From NCBI GenBank assembly GCA_029953675.1, contig JAMWBK010000008.1:1302001-1366000 (forward strand): a stretch of 64,000 nt of DNA, given 5' to 3'. A program made the translations under genes and the position numbers. The notes under the pieces were generated by a model that had not been told where the DNA came from, searched no databases, and worked only from the letters and a program-made list of their open reading frames with translations. Positions 12,694-23,605 of this stretch are shown in pieces. Each line of letters opens with the position of its first letter. The stretch's first letter is position 1. This DNA comes from Rhodosorus marinus CCMP1338. Lineage: Eukaryota; Plantae; Rhodophyta.

Positions 12694-13827
12694 TTATTCA
12701 CCACTACAAAGCCTCGCTTCGATCCGAGTGAAAATGCTCTGAAACGCGGGATGCTGGGCGTCTACCATTTGAAAATGATCAGCATCTAGTTCCAGCAACT
12801 CATGGCGTGGTCCGTATTCCGAATTGTCCTTGACTTGATCGAAGTAGCTTGTTATCATATCATATGGTACGATAGTGTCCATTCTACCAGCAACAACTAT
12901 CGATCGAACCTATGTGGTTCATCCCACAAAAAAAAAAGTGATGGTAAGACTTAAGGTTGCAGTTCACGTTCTAAGTCACAGGTCTTCTTTGTGTCTCTGT
13001 GTTCCAGAGCGAGGTCACCGGACCCCTCGACCCAGAGGCCCCCTGGCTTGGAACTAGGCACATACCTTGTTTGGCAACAAGTGGATGGGGGAAGCACTTG
13101 AGTATGTCGTTTCGGCTTCAAAGCCATCCTCAGGTTTACACTTCATATAGAAAGCAATTGCGTCTTGTTCTTCGCAAATTTGCCTAGTTTGAGCCTGCCG
13201 TACGTCAGTAATCGGGGCAATCGCCACTATAAGCCTTGGGCAAATCAGATCCTTGTCTGATTTGACCTTGGCTGCGTACCACAGCGCAAGCGTAGCACCA
13301 GCAGAATGACCAATCAACACAATCCGATCGAGATTCAAGGGAATCCCTTCCCGCACCATCTCTTTCGCAGAGCTTTAACCAGAAAATAATCAAGAACCCA
13401 GGTTAGATAGATTACCCTTGTCCCTGTTTGTCTGCGGGAACATACTTCACTGCATGGAGAACGTCTTCATTGGTGCCAGGGTATCCCCCGCCTTCGTGGT
13501 CGCTTCTTCGGTATTCCGAGTCGATGACTGCGAAGCCCTTGGAGCACTGAAGCGACGAATTGGAATAAAATCCGTTTTAGTAGTTGCAGCTTTTCTTTGG
13601 TGGCTACTCCCTGCTCCGAATTTTGTTCATCGACGACTCACCAGGAAAGGCGCCAAAGTGTCGTGGCAAGAGTTGTCGATTGAATAAATGTTCCTCCAGA
13701 ACCCTCCATGCACGAGAACCGCTACAGGGAACTCTTCCCGATCGTTATCGGATGGCATCCACAGCCTAACATACTGCGTCAGAGGGTTAGCTCCGTACTG
13801 CCAGGTCCGCCACTGTCGTGGGGTCAT
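12694..13827 (-). CDS. Alpha/beta hydrolase (COG0657-like esterase), multi-exon
   Basis: Spliced exons give VLVHGGFWRNIY, GFAVIDSEYRRSDHEGGGYPGT, LDRIVLIGHSAGATLALW (nucleophile elbow), SASPIHLLP, DTIVP and DHFQMVD (acid and His of the triad). Confidence 0.85.
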
Positions 13828-15581
13828 GGTCTCTCCCCGAGCTCGGGGAATGAAGAATCGAGAATGGTGTACACTACTCTAGTTGACATCATTCGTCAAA
13901 CGAGAGACCCCATTCAGTCGACTGAGACTTAGGTTTTTTTTGGTGTTACGTGTCCCGGGACAGATGTATGGGAAACTTCATTCGAATCCAGAGGATTGGA
14001 GAATCCCAGTCGCTAAGTCCGAGCCTCAAGGAAAGGCTTTTCTAGCGTGAGCTCAAATGGAACCACCGCTATAGATTAGACGGGGAAACCTGCCGGCTAC
14101 GCTTTGCAAATTGATTGATTTCGTGCGACCCCCTGCTTACCCCTTAGCGTCAACACATCACGCGCGCTCACCCAAGTTTACTCAACGTTTTGGAAATTCT
14201 GAACACCCAATACCGTCATCGTACACAAGCTTCAGACCGTTGACTCCAAGCACGCACCAAAGCGCACGCGCACATTCGCCAGGTCGTTGAGTTGCAAAAA
14301 CTCCATACTTCGTCCCGTATTCGCTCCTAGCAAAATTACCGACCGCTGGAACTAACCTTGGTCGTTGTAACTTCTAATGCGAGTTTATCAAGTCCGAGCG
14401 TCCTTCCCCGTTTGGTCGTAAAACACCAGCTAGTCTCACAACTGCCAGATCGTTTTGGATTGAGCTGTTTTGTGTAGAGTGATGATAGCAGGGGCTGAGG
14501 ACACGCAATCTCCCACGCAGACCCTCTCAAGTTCATAGCTGACGTCTTCAAATTCAGTGACGGTGAGAAGCACTCCGTCGCCGGACGCTTTATGCTGAGG
14601 TTGTTCAGGTACTATGGGATTAGGTCCAATTCAGCCAATCAATCGGTCATACAACCTTGCTCACGATTGGACCTCGTCAGGCTGATAAATGATGATACAG
14701 TACTAGCTAATTCTCGTCGCTAAACAGCGCCTTACTCACAAATTAAAGTCTCCTTGCTACAATGAATGAAAGTTCATGACGCTAAATTTCCGCGGTCAAC
14801 GACGCTGGGTGGATGAGAACCTGCCCAAGCACTCACACCCACGTCACGCTGCCCACATTTGGGAATTTGACATTCCTATCGACATACCCATCCAAAAAGA
14901 ACTGAAAATGATGTTCCAACACGAGCGGCTCGTAATAAGGGCTCAAGAACGTACAAAAATTTTGCCTCTAATCGCCAACAGCGAGCAAGAGAGCCGTCCG
15001 TGCGTGGACGCGAATTGGAATCAGCATTCTCTCTGTCCCAAAGTAAATCAATTTGTATTATAATGACTGCATATCGCAGCAAAGCACGTCGCTGGATTAC
15101 ACTGTAACAATTCAGGAAGTTGTCGATGAAAAACGCCGTGGGTTTTTGGCTAGGACCTACCCTCTCGATTTTCACTGAGGTGCTACACTCTTGCGCTTGC
15201 TATTCTCACAATTCTGAGATTCTTCTTTTAGCTTCATATCAAACCCGGGTAGAATTTCGCAACGGCTCGGAATAGTAAGCACTTTCATCGAAACTGCGGC
15301 TGCAGACAATACAGCGGTCGCGGTCATGTCGAAGGACTTGAAAGCAAAAATAGCTCGACCTCAGAGCGCAAGAATCCCATTTCACCATTCACAGTCTAAG
15401 CGTTTGTGCGCGTTCGCCTGTTCAGAGCGTTGAGATCGTGATCAATTGCCGTGGCGGTGTCGATGAGTAGGACGAACACGATTGGAGGGAGCATGACTAC
15501 TAGCCGACGGTCGTAAAACGTAAGGGGCAGAATGCAGCGGTTTCGGTGACTAATATACTCTGCTGTACGTCTGTTGCTTTT

Positions 15582-17046
15582 ATGGAATCTCCAGCGAACG
15601 AGAGGTTTGCTGAAAGCAGCGTAAGCGTGGTTGAAGAAAGTTTCCTCTATTGTATCCCTATGTGTCGATGTTTAATTTCTGTTTCGAATCTCTGACCCTG
15701 CTTAGGACGTGTTGAGTTCTGAACTATGGTCTGACGCGGACAAGATAGCAACAAGAGTGCCCCGGCCAGGAACTCCGGTGACGCTGCTGACTGGATTCCT
15801 TGGGGCTGGCAAAACAACCGTGCTCAACTATATTCTTCGGCAAAACCACGGCTTGCGAGTGGCAGTTCTCGTGAATGAGTACGTATAATATTCCCTCGAA
15901 GTGGCCTAGTGTTCCTTGCGCTCTCTTTGTTGACCCTCAGGTTCAGGCGGCTCCACCGAGGGTTTCTCTAATGGTTGATGATTCTCTAATGGTTGATGAT
16001 TCTCTTGACATTAAGGTTCGGAGAGGTTGACATTGACTCGCAGATAGTCGCAAGAGGTTGTGCGGAGACAGACGACACCATATTACTGAAGAACGGATGT
16101 ATCTGTTGCACAATAGCAAATTCATTCGTGGAATCCGTAACAAGAGCACTGCAACAAAGAGAAAGCACCCCACTCGATTACCTAGTCATCGAGACAAGCG
16201 GCGTGGGAGATCCGGAGCCCATCATAGCCAACCTGGAGGAAACAGAACTAGATGAAATAGTTTACCTGGATCAAGTGCTCACTGTCGTGGACTCCTTGAA
16301 CTTCTTCTCCGCTGAAATGTCAACTAGTACTGCTCAGAGCCAGATCAGCTGCGCCGACGTCGTACTTCTTAGCAAAACGGACCTCGTTCCACCCGACCAG
16401 GTTGAGAGGATCTGTGACGAGCTTTTACGTGGGAAACCGGGCACCAGAATAGTTACAAGCGATCGTGGCAAAGTTCCTATCTACTCTCTTTTTGACATCC
16501 ATTCACCTGCGGAATACAGTGAGGAACTCGAACCGGTGAATGCAAGGAGGGATAGATGCGGCCCGGACCTGAAAAGGCACTCCCATGTTTCAAAGCACCT
16601 TGAGGATGACGGCTTCAATTCGCTCAGCTTCACATCCACTCGACCTCTGGACATGAAGAGGTTCAGGATCGAGTTCCTCAAGCAGCTTCCTGGGGTAAGC
16701 TTTTGCGTGACATAGAGACTGGTCCTCTGGATCCAGGGACAAGTTGTCTGAATGTTTTCCAACATGCCCGTGTCAATAGAATGTATATCGTGCCAAGGGC
16801 CTGCTCTGGTTTCATTCATATCCGATGAGGTTTGTATTCCAGTTGGCGGGCAAGCGCTTCAACATTGAACAGGACACATGGCCGCGTGGCGAAAAGAAGT
16901 CCAATCAGTTGGTCGTCATCGGTAGGGAAATATGTCGGGACCAGCTGCTCAGGTCGCTAGAATCGTGTCTAGCGTCAGAAGAAGAGTCCGTTGCAGGTGA
17001 TTTTCAGGTTCTCGCTCGTCCAGAATCCCCGCCTTCAGAATTGTGA
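15582..17046 (+). CDS. COG0523/CobW-family zinc-chaperone G3E GTPase (ZNG1-like); start uncertain
   Basis: [12 protein letters not shown] (G1), NEFGEVDID formed across intron 15879-16015, GCICC metal motif, IETSG, LSKTDL (G4), and a CobW_C-like C-terminus (NQLVVIGR). Confidence 0.9.
15964..16005. repeat. 18-bp tandem duplication (TTCTCTAATGGTTGATGA x2.3) inside a CobW intron
   Basis: Read directly: units 15964-15981 and 15982-15999, plus partial 16000-16005. Confidence 0.95.
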
Positions 17047-17637
17047 GGAAAAACGTATTCCCTGCAAACTATGGCATCGACGTATGTTTCGGGAAAGATC
17101 CGTGTACAGGGTACATAAAGTGTTTATAGTCTAAGAGCCGATGCGCCAAGGTCCCGAGCAGCACAATTTGACATAGTAGTCCAGTCATGCAAGAGAGGAA
17201 ATTCAATTCTCAAGATAAAACCCTCAAGCTCAGTGATCAATAGGCAATACAAGTTGTTCACCTATGTCTCCAGCAAATTTGGAAACAAAAGGAGTCGGGC
17301 TCGAACCTTGAGTTGTCGATTGGCTTTGCAGCGGAGGTCGCCCCCCCCGCATATGGCTTGTAAACTTCTCCGCATTCTGCGCACGTCGTTATCCCCTAAA
17401 AGTCGGATTCGATGCTTTTCGCGTGTAAGGCCATGTCATTCGTCTGCCTCGATTGGTGATCCGTGGAGCAGTCTTTGAGAGCTATAGGTATTCCTTATCA
17501 TACTCTCTCGCTGAGCCCATCGGTAGCTCATTTTAGGAGATCTTCGGAGCAGATTGGTTTCTGCGGTTCGCAACCTGGAAAGAGACAAGCACTTTGAAAA
17601 ACAGATCGTCTTGGAAGTTGAGCCTGTGATTGGTGGA

Positions 17638-17875
17638 ATGGCTGATGACGATCCTTGCGCCAAGCTGATGGCTGTGTATGAAGACTGCGTTAAAAAGTAC
17701 ACATTTGGTCTGCGGACTGATGAGGAATGTCTCGAGTAAGCCTTCAATCAATTCCCAGCAGTGTTCGAAGTGCTGGGATTACTCACGCAAAAGACGGCGA
17801 TTGTTCTTCAGTGAGGCAGAAGCCTACAAGCTTTGCCGTAGGAGGATTTCAAAGGAGCCCCAGAAAGGAAAATAG
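17638..17875 (+). CDS. 53-aa twin CX9C protein (putative mitochondrial intermembrane-space CHCH protein)
   Basis: Intron 17736-17811 (GTAAGC...CTCAC...TTCAG) gives MADDDPCAKLMAVYEDCVKKYTFGLRTDEECLDEAEAYKLCRRRISKEPQKGK, with two exact C-X9-C motifs. Confidence 0.75.
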
Positions 17876-18120
17876 ACATGCAAAAGTAGTCGAGTCACCA
17901 GCAGCCACTTCGGTAGGTTTCGAACGGGCAACCAAACTGGGAAATGTGCATCTTCTCCCATCCATCTTGTCAAGGGCGGTGAAACTCGGAATCTTCTGTG
18001 ACAATCTTCTCATTTGAGAATCGTTGAGCACTGGTTTTATTCACGCATTGTGCTTCTTTTGGAATGAACTGTTTTTTATACTAATACAAAGAATTATCCT
18101 GACATGGGTGAAATCCATGT

Positions 18121-19941
18121 TCAGGAATTCGGCTTCAGGCCCTCTAGCATGCTTCCGATATCCTTTGACGGGGATAGGGCTGTTGGGGCATATTGCGCTT
18201 CGTACGCGTCAAATGTCACATTTCTTGCCCTTGGGTCCTGCAATGCCGAAACGCAAACTTCTGCGAGGTCACTTTTGCTAATGAGCTTGTCTCCGAGTTC
18301 CGTGTTCTGCTCCAGGACCAGGGCCTTTCTCCCACCTACATATGAATGTTTCAGTAATTCAGGGCAGTGTCCGAGCAGTGCTCGCACAGTAGTCTTTACC
18401 GAGGCAGGGAAACAAGAATATCCATTCCTCAGTTCGATTTTTCTCACCTGTTTGATCTGTAAATTGCCCTGACCGAACAATACAGTACGAGATTCCAGAA
18501 TTTCGTAGAGATTCCTCGCCCTTGTACTTCATCACAGTATCTTCACCTATGTCCTCCTCTCTTCCCTGCTGCTTTCTGTGGTTAACGGCTTCGGTGACCT
18601 TGGAGCACGATACAAGCACAAAATCCGCTTCATCTTGGGTTCTATACGCCTAGCGATGGTCAAGGAGTAGAGCTATAGCTTAGCGGGTCGCATTTCTTGG
18701 TAACTCAATTGGATGATCGCAAAGCTCCGGAGTGCATACCTTCATATAGTCAAGCGTCAGGCTGAAAAAGCCGGGATCTCTCTCAGGGTTGCTAAGTGGC
18801 TTCCTATACTCGAGTTTGATCTGACGAACGTCAGATCGATCCAGTTCTTCGAGTTCGCGAGGAACTGAGCTCCCTGAGAGGCTCCTTGGCTTGAAAGATA
18901 CCAAGGGGAGTCGGATCGTGGACCATTTTCCAGAAACCGTCGCGAATGCGGCCTCATAAATCACACCATTCTTGTCTCCTGGACCTGTACGGAACACCAT
19001 CCTGTACTGTTTGCCATCTCCCAGACACCTCACTACAAGTCCCGAAAAGCCCCGCATATTAAGTTTCTTCAAGTCACATATCAGTTCTGCGTGTCCAGTG
19101 TACGTGTCGAAAACCTGTTGTTTTGTCGAAGCGTATAGATGGGAACGTCGAGAGCTCTCAGCACTCTGAAGCAAACTCAAAGCAAGCACGAACGCCCTTG
19201 CAGTCTCCCTACCTGGCCTGTAAACATGGCGTTGTTGCGGACGTTTATCCTGAAATCCACCTGCGCTGGTTTCCGGACAAGTTCATCGTCCTCCTCCGAT
19301 CCCCCGGGGGATCTCCATCTCCTGAAATCCTTCTCTCTATTAAATTTGAATAGAGTGACCTTGGTCGCCTCTGTTCTGCCATAGTCAGCGTGCCGCACAT
19401 CATGGAAAGCCCGTACCAATTTCTTTAACCCGTCAAGTTCAACTTCTCGAACCTCGCTTTCATTTCTCGCTTTCACTGTGCAAACAACTTTGTCTACACC
19501 TGATACTGCTTCCATGAGTGCATAAGGATCGGTTATGTCGCCCATAACGTAAGAACAACCCGTTCCAAGAAGATCAAGGGTATCCGTAAACAAATTTCTA
19601 ACGAGCACTCGAACCTGATAACCCCTCAGAAGCAGCTTCCTGACGATAACGCGGCCCACTTCTCCCGTGGCGCCAACAACGAGGACAACTGGAGGTTGCT
19701 CTTCGAACAAAGGTTCGGAGCCCTCCTCTCCCAGATACAAGAGAGAGTCATCAACCTGCCTGCCTACTCCTAAGAGTCTCTGGAAAGCACCCACAAAATC
19801 CCCAACTCGATCTAATGGATTCTTGTCCTCCAGATCATCAGGAATCCTTGCCATTCGAAGAGGGGCCCTCCGCGAACAGGAACTCGGCTTTGCTGCGACG
19901 CCTGCTCCAAAACCATTCACGCTTTGCACAAAGGCCTCCAT
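18121..19941 (-). CDS. HCF173: HCF173-like plastid SDR/NmrA protein with CIA30 domain, multi-exon
   Basis: Transit-peptide-like MEAFVQ start. VLVVGATGEVGRVIVRKLLLRGY Rossmann fold, CIA30-like GDGKQY...WSTIRLPLVSF segment, and C-terminal ISKSDLAEVCV...ARNVTFD. Arrangement matches plant HCF173 as recalled. Confidence 0.8.
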
Positions 19942-20037
19942 AACTACTCCTACCTCTTCCTCCCTCAGAGCAGCTCGGTAAAATCAAATGAATTCTGCAG
20001 TGCTCAAAATCCGTTCACAGTGTCAATTCATACCATT

Positions 20038-20056
20038 CCCTCCCCTCTCCCACCCC
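20038..20056 (-). promoter_or_regulatory. Potential G-quadruplex (4 G-tracts on the sense strand) ~100 nt upstream of the HCF173-like ATG
   Basis: Plus strand CCC-T-CCCC-TCT-CCC-A-CCCC. The motif is seen directly; function is inferred. Confidence 0.4.
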
Positions 20057-21230
20057 ACTCCGAACGTGTCTACTATACCTAGCCTATGCTGCAGACCTAC
20101 CCGCAAACGCTTTCCCTCCTTCCCACACACCATAAAAAACAACGCCTTTATTCAGCACCAGCCACACAAAAGCTTTGCCCTACTTCATCCATACCCCCCA
20201 CCAAACAAACGCAAGCCATTCAAGCTAAGAAATCTTTTTTCCAGTGAAACTGTAAAAAAATTCCAAAGCATTCCCAAGTGAACAAACGAAAGTCGAATCA
20301 GATCATTTTTGTGGATGAAACGAAACGCTTTCAAGTGAAAACCCTCCCTCGACTCTATCCGCAGAGATTTGAACCTTTTCACACAATCTTGAGCGTATCT
20401 TGACAATGGAAAACTTGAATTTAAACAAATAATGTGTTGTCAGATGTGTGATTGGAGTAATGATGATACTTTTCCTATATTCATTGGCTTATTTCTCATA
20501 ACATTCGCTATTCTTTAATTAATTTACACAAATAGAAACTAAATAGTAGAATTGAAAAATATTTCTCAACAAGTGCCAAGATATGAAGCCGAATCGGTTT
20601 CATGGAAATTTATTCATTTATACAACGAGGGAGTCTCTCTTTATGATAGAGGAAGGAAAGATTTTTTACCACTTTGCTATTGGTGGAATCGGATACATTC
20701 ACTTAATTGGGTCGTTAGAAGGCGAAAGCGGTAGAACTGGGATTCTTACCAAGCTTGGGACCTATGTAGTGAGCAAACTGAGCAACTCATCATTGACTGG
20801 CTTATGCTAATGAAAGCAAGCTATGAGCATGCTACTCATTTCAATGAGCAAAGAGAAGTACTAGAAAAAGTTGGGATTCAGGTTTCGGTTTAAGGTTTTC
20901 CAAAGCTAAGTAGGCTAGGTGACCCGTGAGCGGGCAGCGAGAACCTCTGAGCTTGTGGACGAAGGCAAGACGAGCGGTGAAAAGCATCAGCACAGTGGAT
21001 CCTTCAATCCATCGGACTCCGCAATTCCCTTTGCTCTTTGCGCCTTACAGATGAACATGAAGACATGATTCTTGGTCCGCTCTATTTATTCCTGAAGGCG
21101 GTCTGATTCGGATTCATCATCTTAGAATGTCCGAGTTCGGTCCTGGAGGAGTTCCAACAGATGCTGCTCGTAGACCGATTGTTGTCACTGGGGTGAGATA
21201 TATAAATGATACGTACCCAGGGTGTACTAC

Positions 21231-21358
21231 TAGTAGGGTTGTGCCTAGTGGGTCGGATTTTCGCTGTTTACGACGCAGAAGTGGTTAAACCCGCGAAAAC
21301 AGCAGGGTTTTGAGGGGTAAACAGCGAAAAATCCGACCCACTTGGCACAACCCTACTA
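21231..21358. mobile_element. 128-bp MITE-like element with ~41-bp terminal inverted repeats, possible TA target-site duplication
   Basis: Arm 21231-21271 TAGTAGGGTTGTGCCTAGTGGGTCGGATTTTCGCTGTTTAC is the reverse complement of 21317-21358 with one mismatch and one indel; 45-nt spacer; no coding capacity. Confidence 0.75.
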
Positions 21359-23397
21359 TTAGAATACAATTGTATTATTCCGAAAGAAGGTGGCAAGCGG
21401 CTGCAGCTAACAAGGAGAGCTGTCCTTTCTCCCAAATACATATTGAATAGTGGATAAAATATCTACACTCCTCAGCCGCAGCGAAGTATGTACGGTCCGG
21501 AATTCCTGCCCACATATCTACGAGCAAAGTAGTACGAGCACAATTTCAACGAAATCTGGGTAATGCCAAATTGAAAACTCCTACTTGTACACGATGAAGC
21601 TGTCACTTCGGATTTCCCGCGTTCTGCTTTTGAGCTGCGTCTCCTAGGAGCCTGGACTCCTTGCCGGTGGCTGTGATTGTACGATTATCCAGCTAAAGAC
21701 CGTTTACTTCAGCTACCGAGTGTACCAATCGGTCTCCCCTGGACTAGTGAAGGATTGTGAGCGAGTGGCGTAGACCGTGTCTGCATCGCGAGGAAGACTC
21801 AACTATGGCTCGTGAGAGCAATTCGATAAGCGGGAAGTAGCAGGAAATACCTCTTCATGACAGATACTGCGCGTCATATGGTTTGCGGGTGCTGCCGAAG
21901 GAGGCATCGGTGACGATTGCATCGTGTGATGATTGCGTCATATCTCCTCTGCCAGTGGTTTGGAAGAGAACAAGGCGACGTGGAGAAGCTATGGCAGTAC
22001 CATTCGCTAATGGCGAGACGAGTATCGACGGTACGTTCCCCCAGCAGCATCCGGTCGAATGAAAGGTTTACCAGCTGTGGAAGACGAAAAACGGCTTCGA
22101 TATGTTGTTGTTCTTCACGCGGGCCGCTGGACTCAATTCTGAGGCCTGTAGGCTCTGACGGTAAGCTGAGCATCTGCAGTGTAGATCTCTTACAGAGCGC
22201 CCGCGGAGCTACCTGACTTGATGAATGTGAATGCGCAGTAGTCGCGAGGACGTACAAGGTCTCACGTGCCACGGTGCGAGGACCGCTGATGGACCACCAG
22301 AATGGTCTGGTTTTTGTGAACCTGTTGTTGTTGCTATAGACATCATATGGAAGTTCTCGACATCCAAGCGCCCTTACCGACAAGATTGGCTTTAAGGTCG
22401 GGGCACGTTGTGGCTCTGGCGCTGTGGGATACCTCCCACACGGCAAAGAAGCTTTTCCGCGTAGTCTGCAAGTGTTTAAACGCGCTTTGCTCGATGTGGT
22501 AATTGGACCAAGATGCGCAAGACATGCATCATTTCTCGCATTACGCGATTTCTGTCACCACGAGGACGCAGCTGATCGGTGCTACGATGAATTGGGTTTT
22601 TTGGGGCTCAGCGAAAATCGGTGAGCGCACGACGCAATTTTGCCAGCCCACCTGGGAAAGAAGCAATTTCAAGTACTATGACACGTGCCCGTACCCCTGC
22701 TGAACCGCCAATGCGAGCAGAATCTGCAATGCGAAATGCTACTTCGCAGCACTTCTAGTGAAAATGGTTTACTCAAACAAGTTAAGTAGTACAATATCCT
22801 CCAATAGCACACCCTGAACATGTCCCTGAGACCAGGTGAGGAAGACGAACGACCAAAAATTTGGAACAAACCACGAGAGTTTGACGTTTCAGGGTCCATG
22901 ACTTCTTACTTTCCACGGAGAAGAAGCTCAAGAAAAGCAATTGAAAAACTGAGATTGAACCGTCGAATAGAAACAACAGATAATCAATCCACGTTTCTTC
23001 CGTTGCACGGAGCCAGACGCTGCATTTGTCCGTATGCTTCCATGGCTCGAAAAGATAGAAGTGAGTTACCCTTCAACGCTTCGAAGCTGGATATCTTGAA
23101 CGAAACGCCCAAACATTGGAACTGACGAACGACACTGACTATGAAAGTGTGTCATGAAACCTGACGAGGAAAGCGAACGTTTAGTGCGAGTAAACCCTTG
23201 TTGGACCAGATTCCACGGGACGATGTCCAACTGCGCTCGTGAGTAGTTTCCAATGTTGACCACCCAAAACTGCTTGCTCGCGCGAGAGGATTCTCTTGGA
23301 GAAGATTTCATAAACGATTGTCTAAAGGTTCCAAACGTTTTTGCGAAATGCAGAAAAGTCCGGATATACTGAAAAGCGGTCTCCAAAACTCTTCTCT

Positions 23398-23605
23398 TAC
23401 ACAACAACTGATGAACCCGGAGGAATCCAAGGGCACTTTAAGCGCGAGGAAACAACGGCGCGGCACAATCCCGGCTTGGGAATCTGCAAAATTCACAGAA
23501 CGTGCCAAGGCACGATTTTTGTCATACACAACAACCGATGAACCCGGAGGAATCCAAGAAGCAACAAGCACTAGGAAACAACGGCGCGGCACAATCCCTG
23601 CGTGG
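23398..23605. repeat. Diverged ~82-bp direct duplication (period 127 bp) within a degenerate intergenic tract
   Basis: TACACAACAAC[T/C]GATGAACCCGGAGGAATCCAAG...GGAAACAACGGCGCGGCACAATCCC occurs at 23398 and 23525. Confidence 0.9.

Noticed and set aside
13834-13849. Perfect 16-bp palindrome TCCCCGAGCTCGGGGA just upstream of the hydrolase ATG
   Set aside because: About one such palindrome is expected by chance in 64 kb, and there is no other support.
14479-14543. GTGATGA...CTGA...CTGA arrangement of C/D snoRNA size
   Set aside because: Weak terminal stem and no rRNA complementarity recognised; it overlaps coding-like antisense fragments.
21874-22446. 190-aa minus ORF with HWQRRYDAII, reminiscent of the RHD motif of R2-like retroelements
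   Set aside because: No CCHC knuckle, RT motifs or downstream PD..D endonuclease in any frame.
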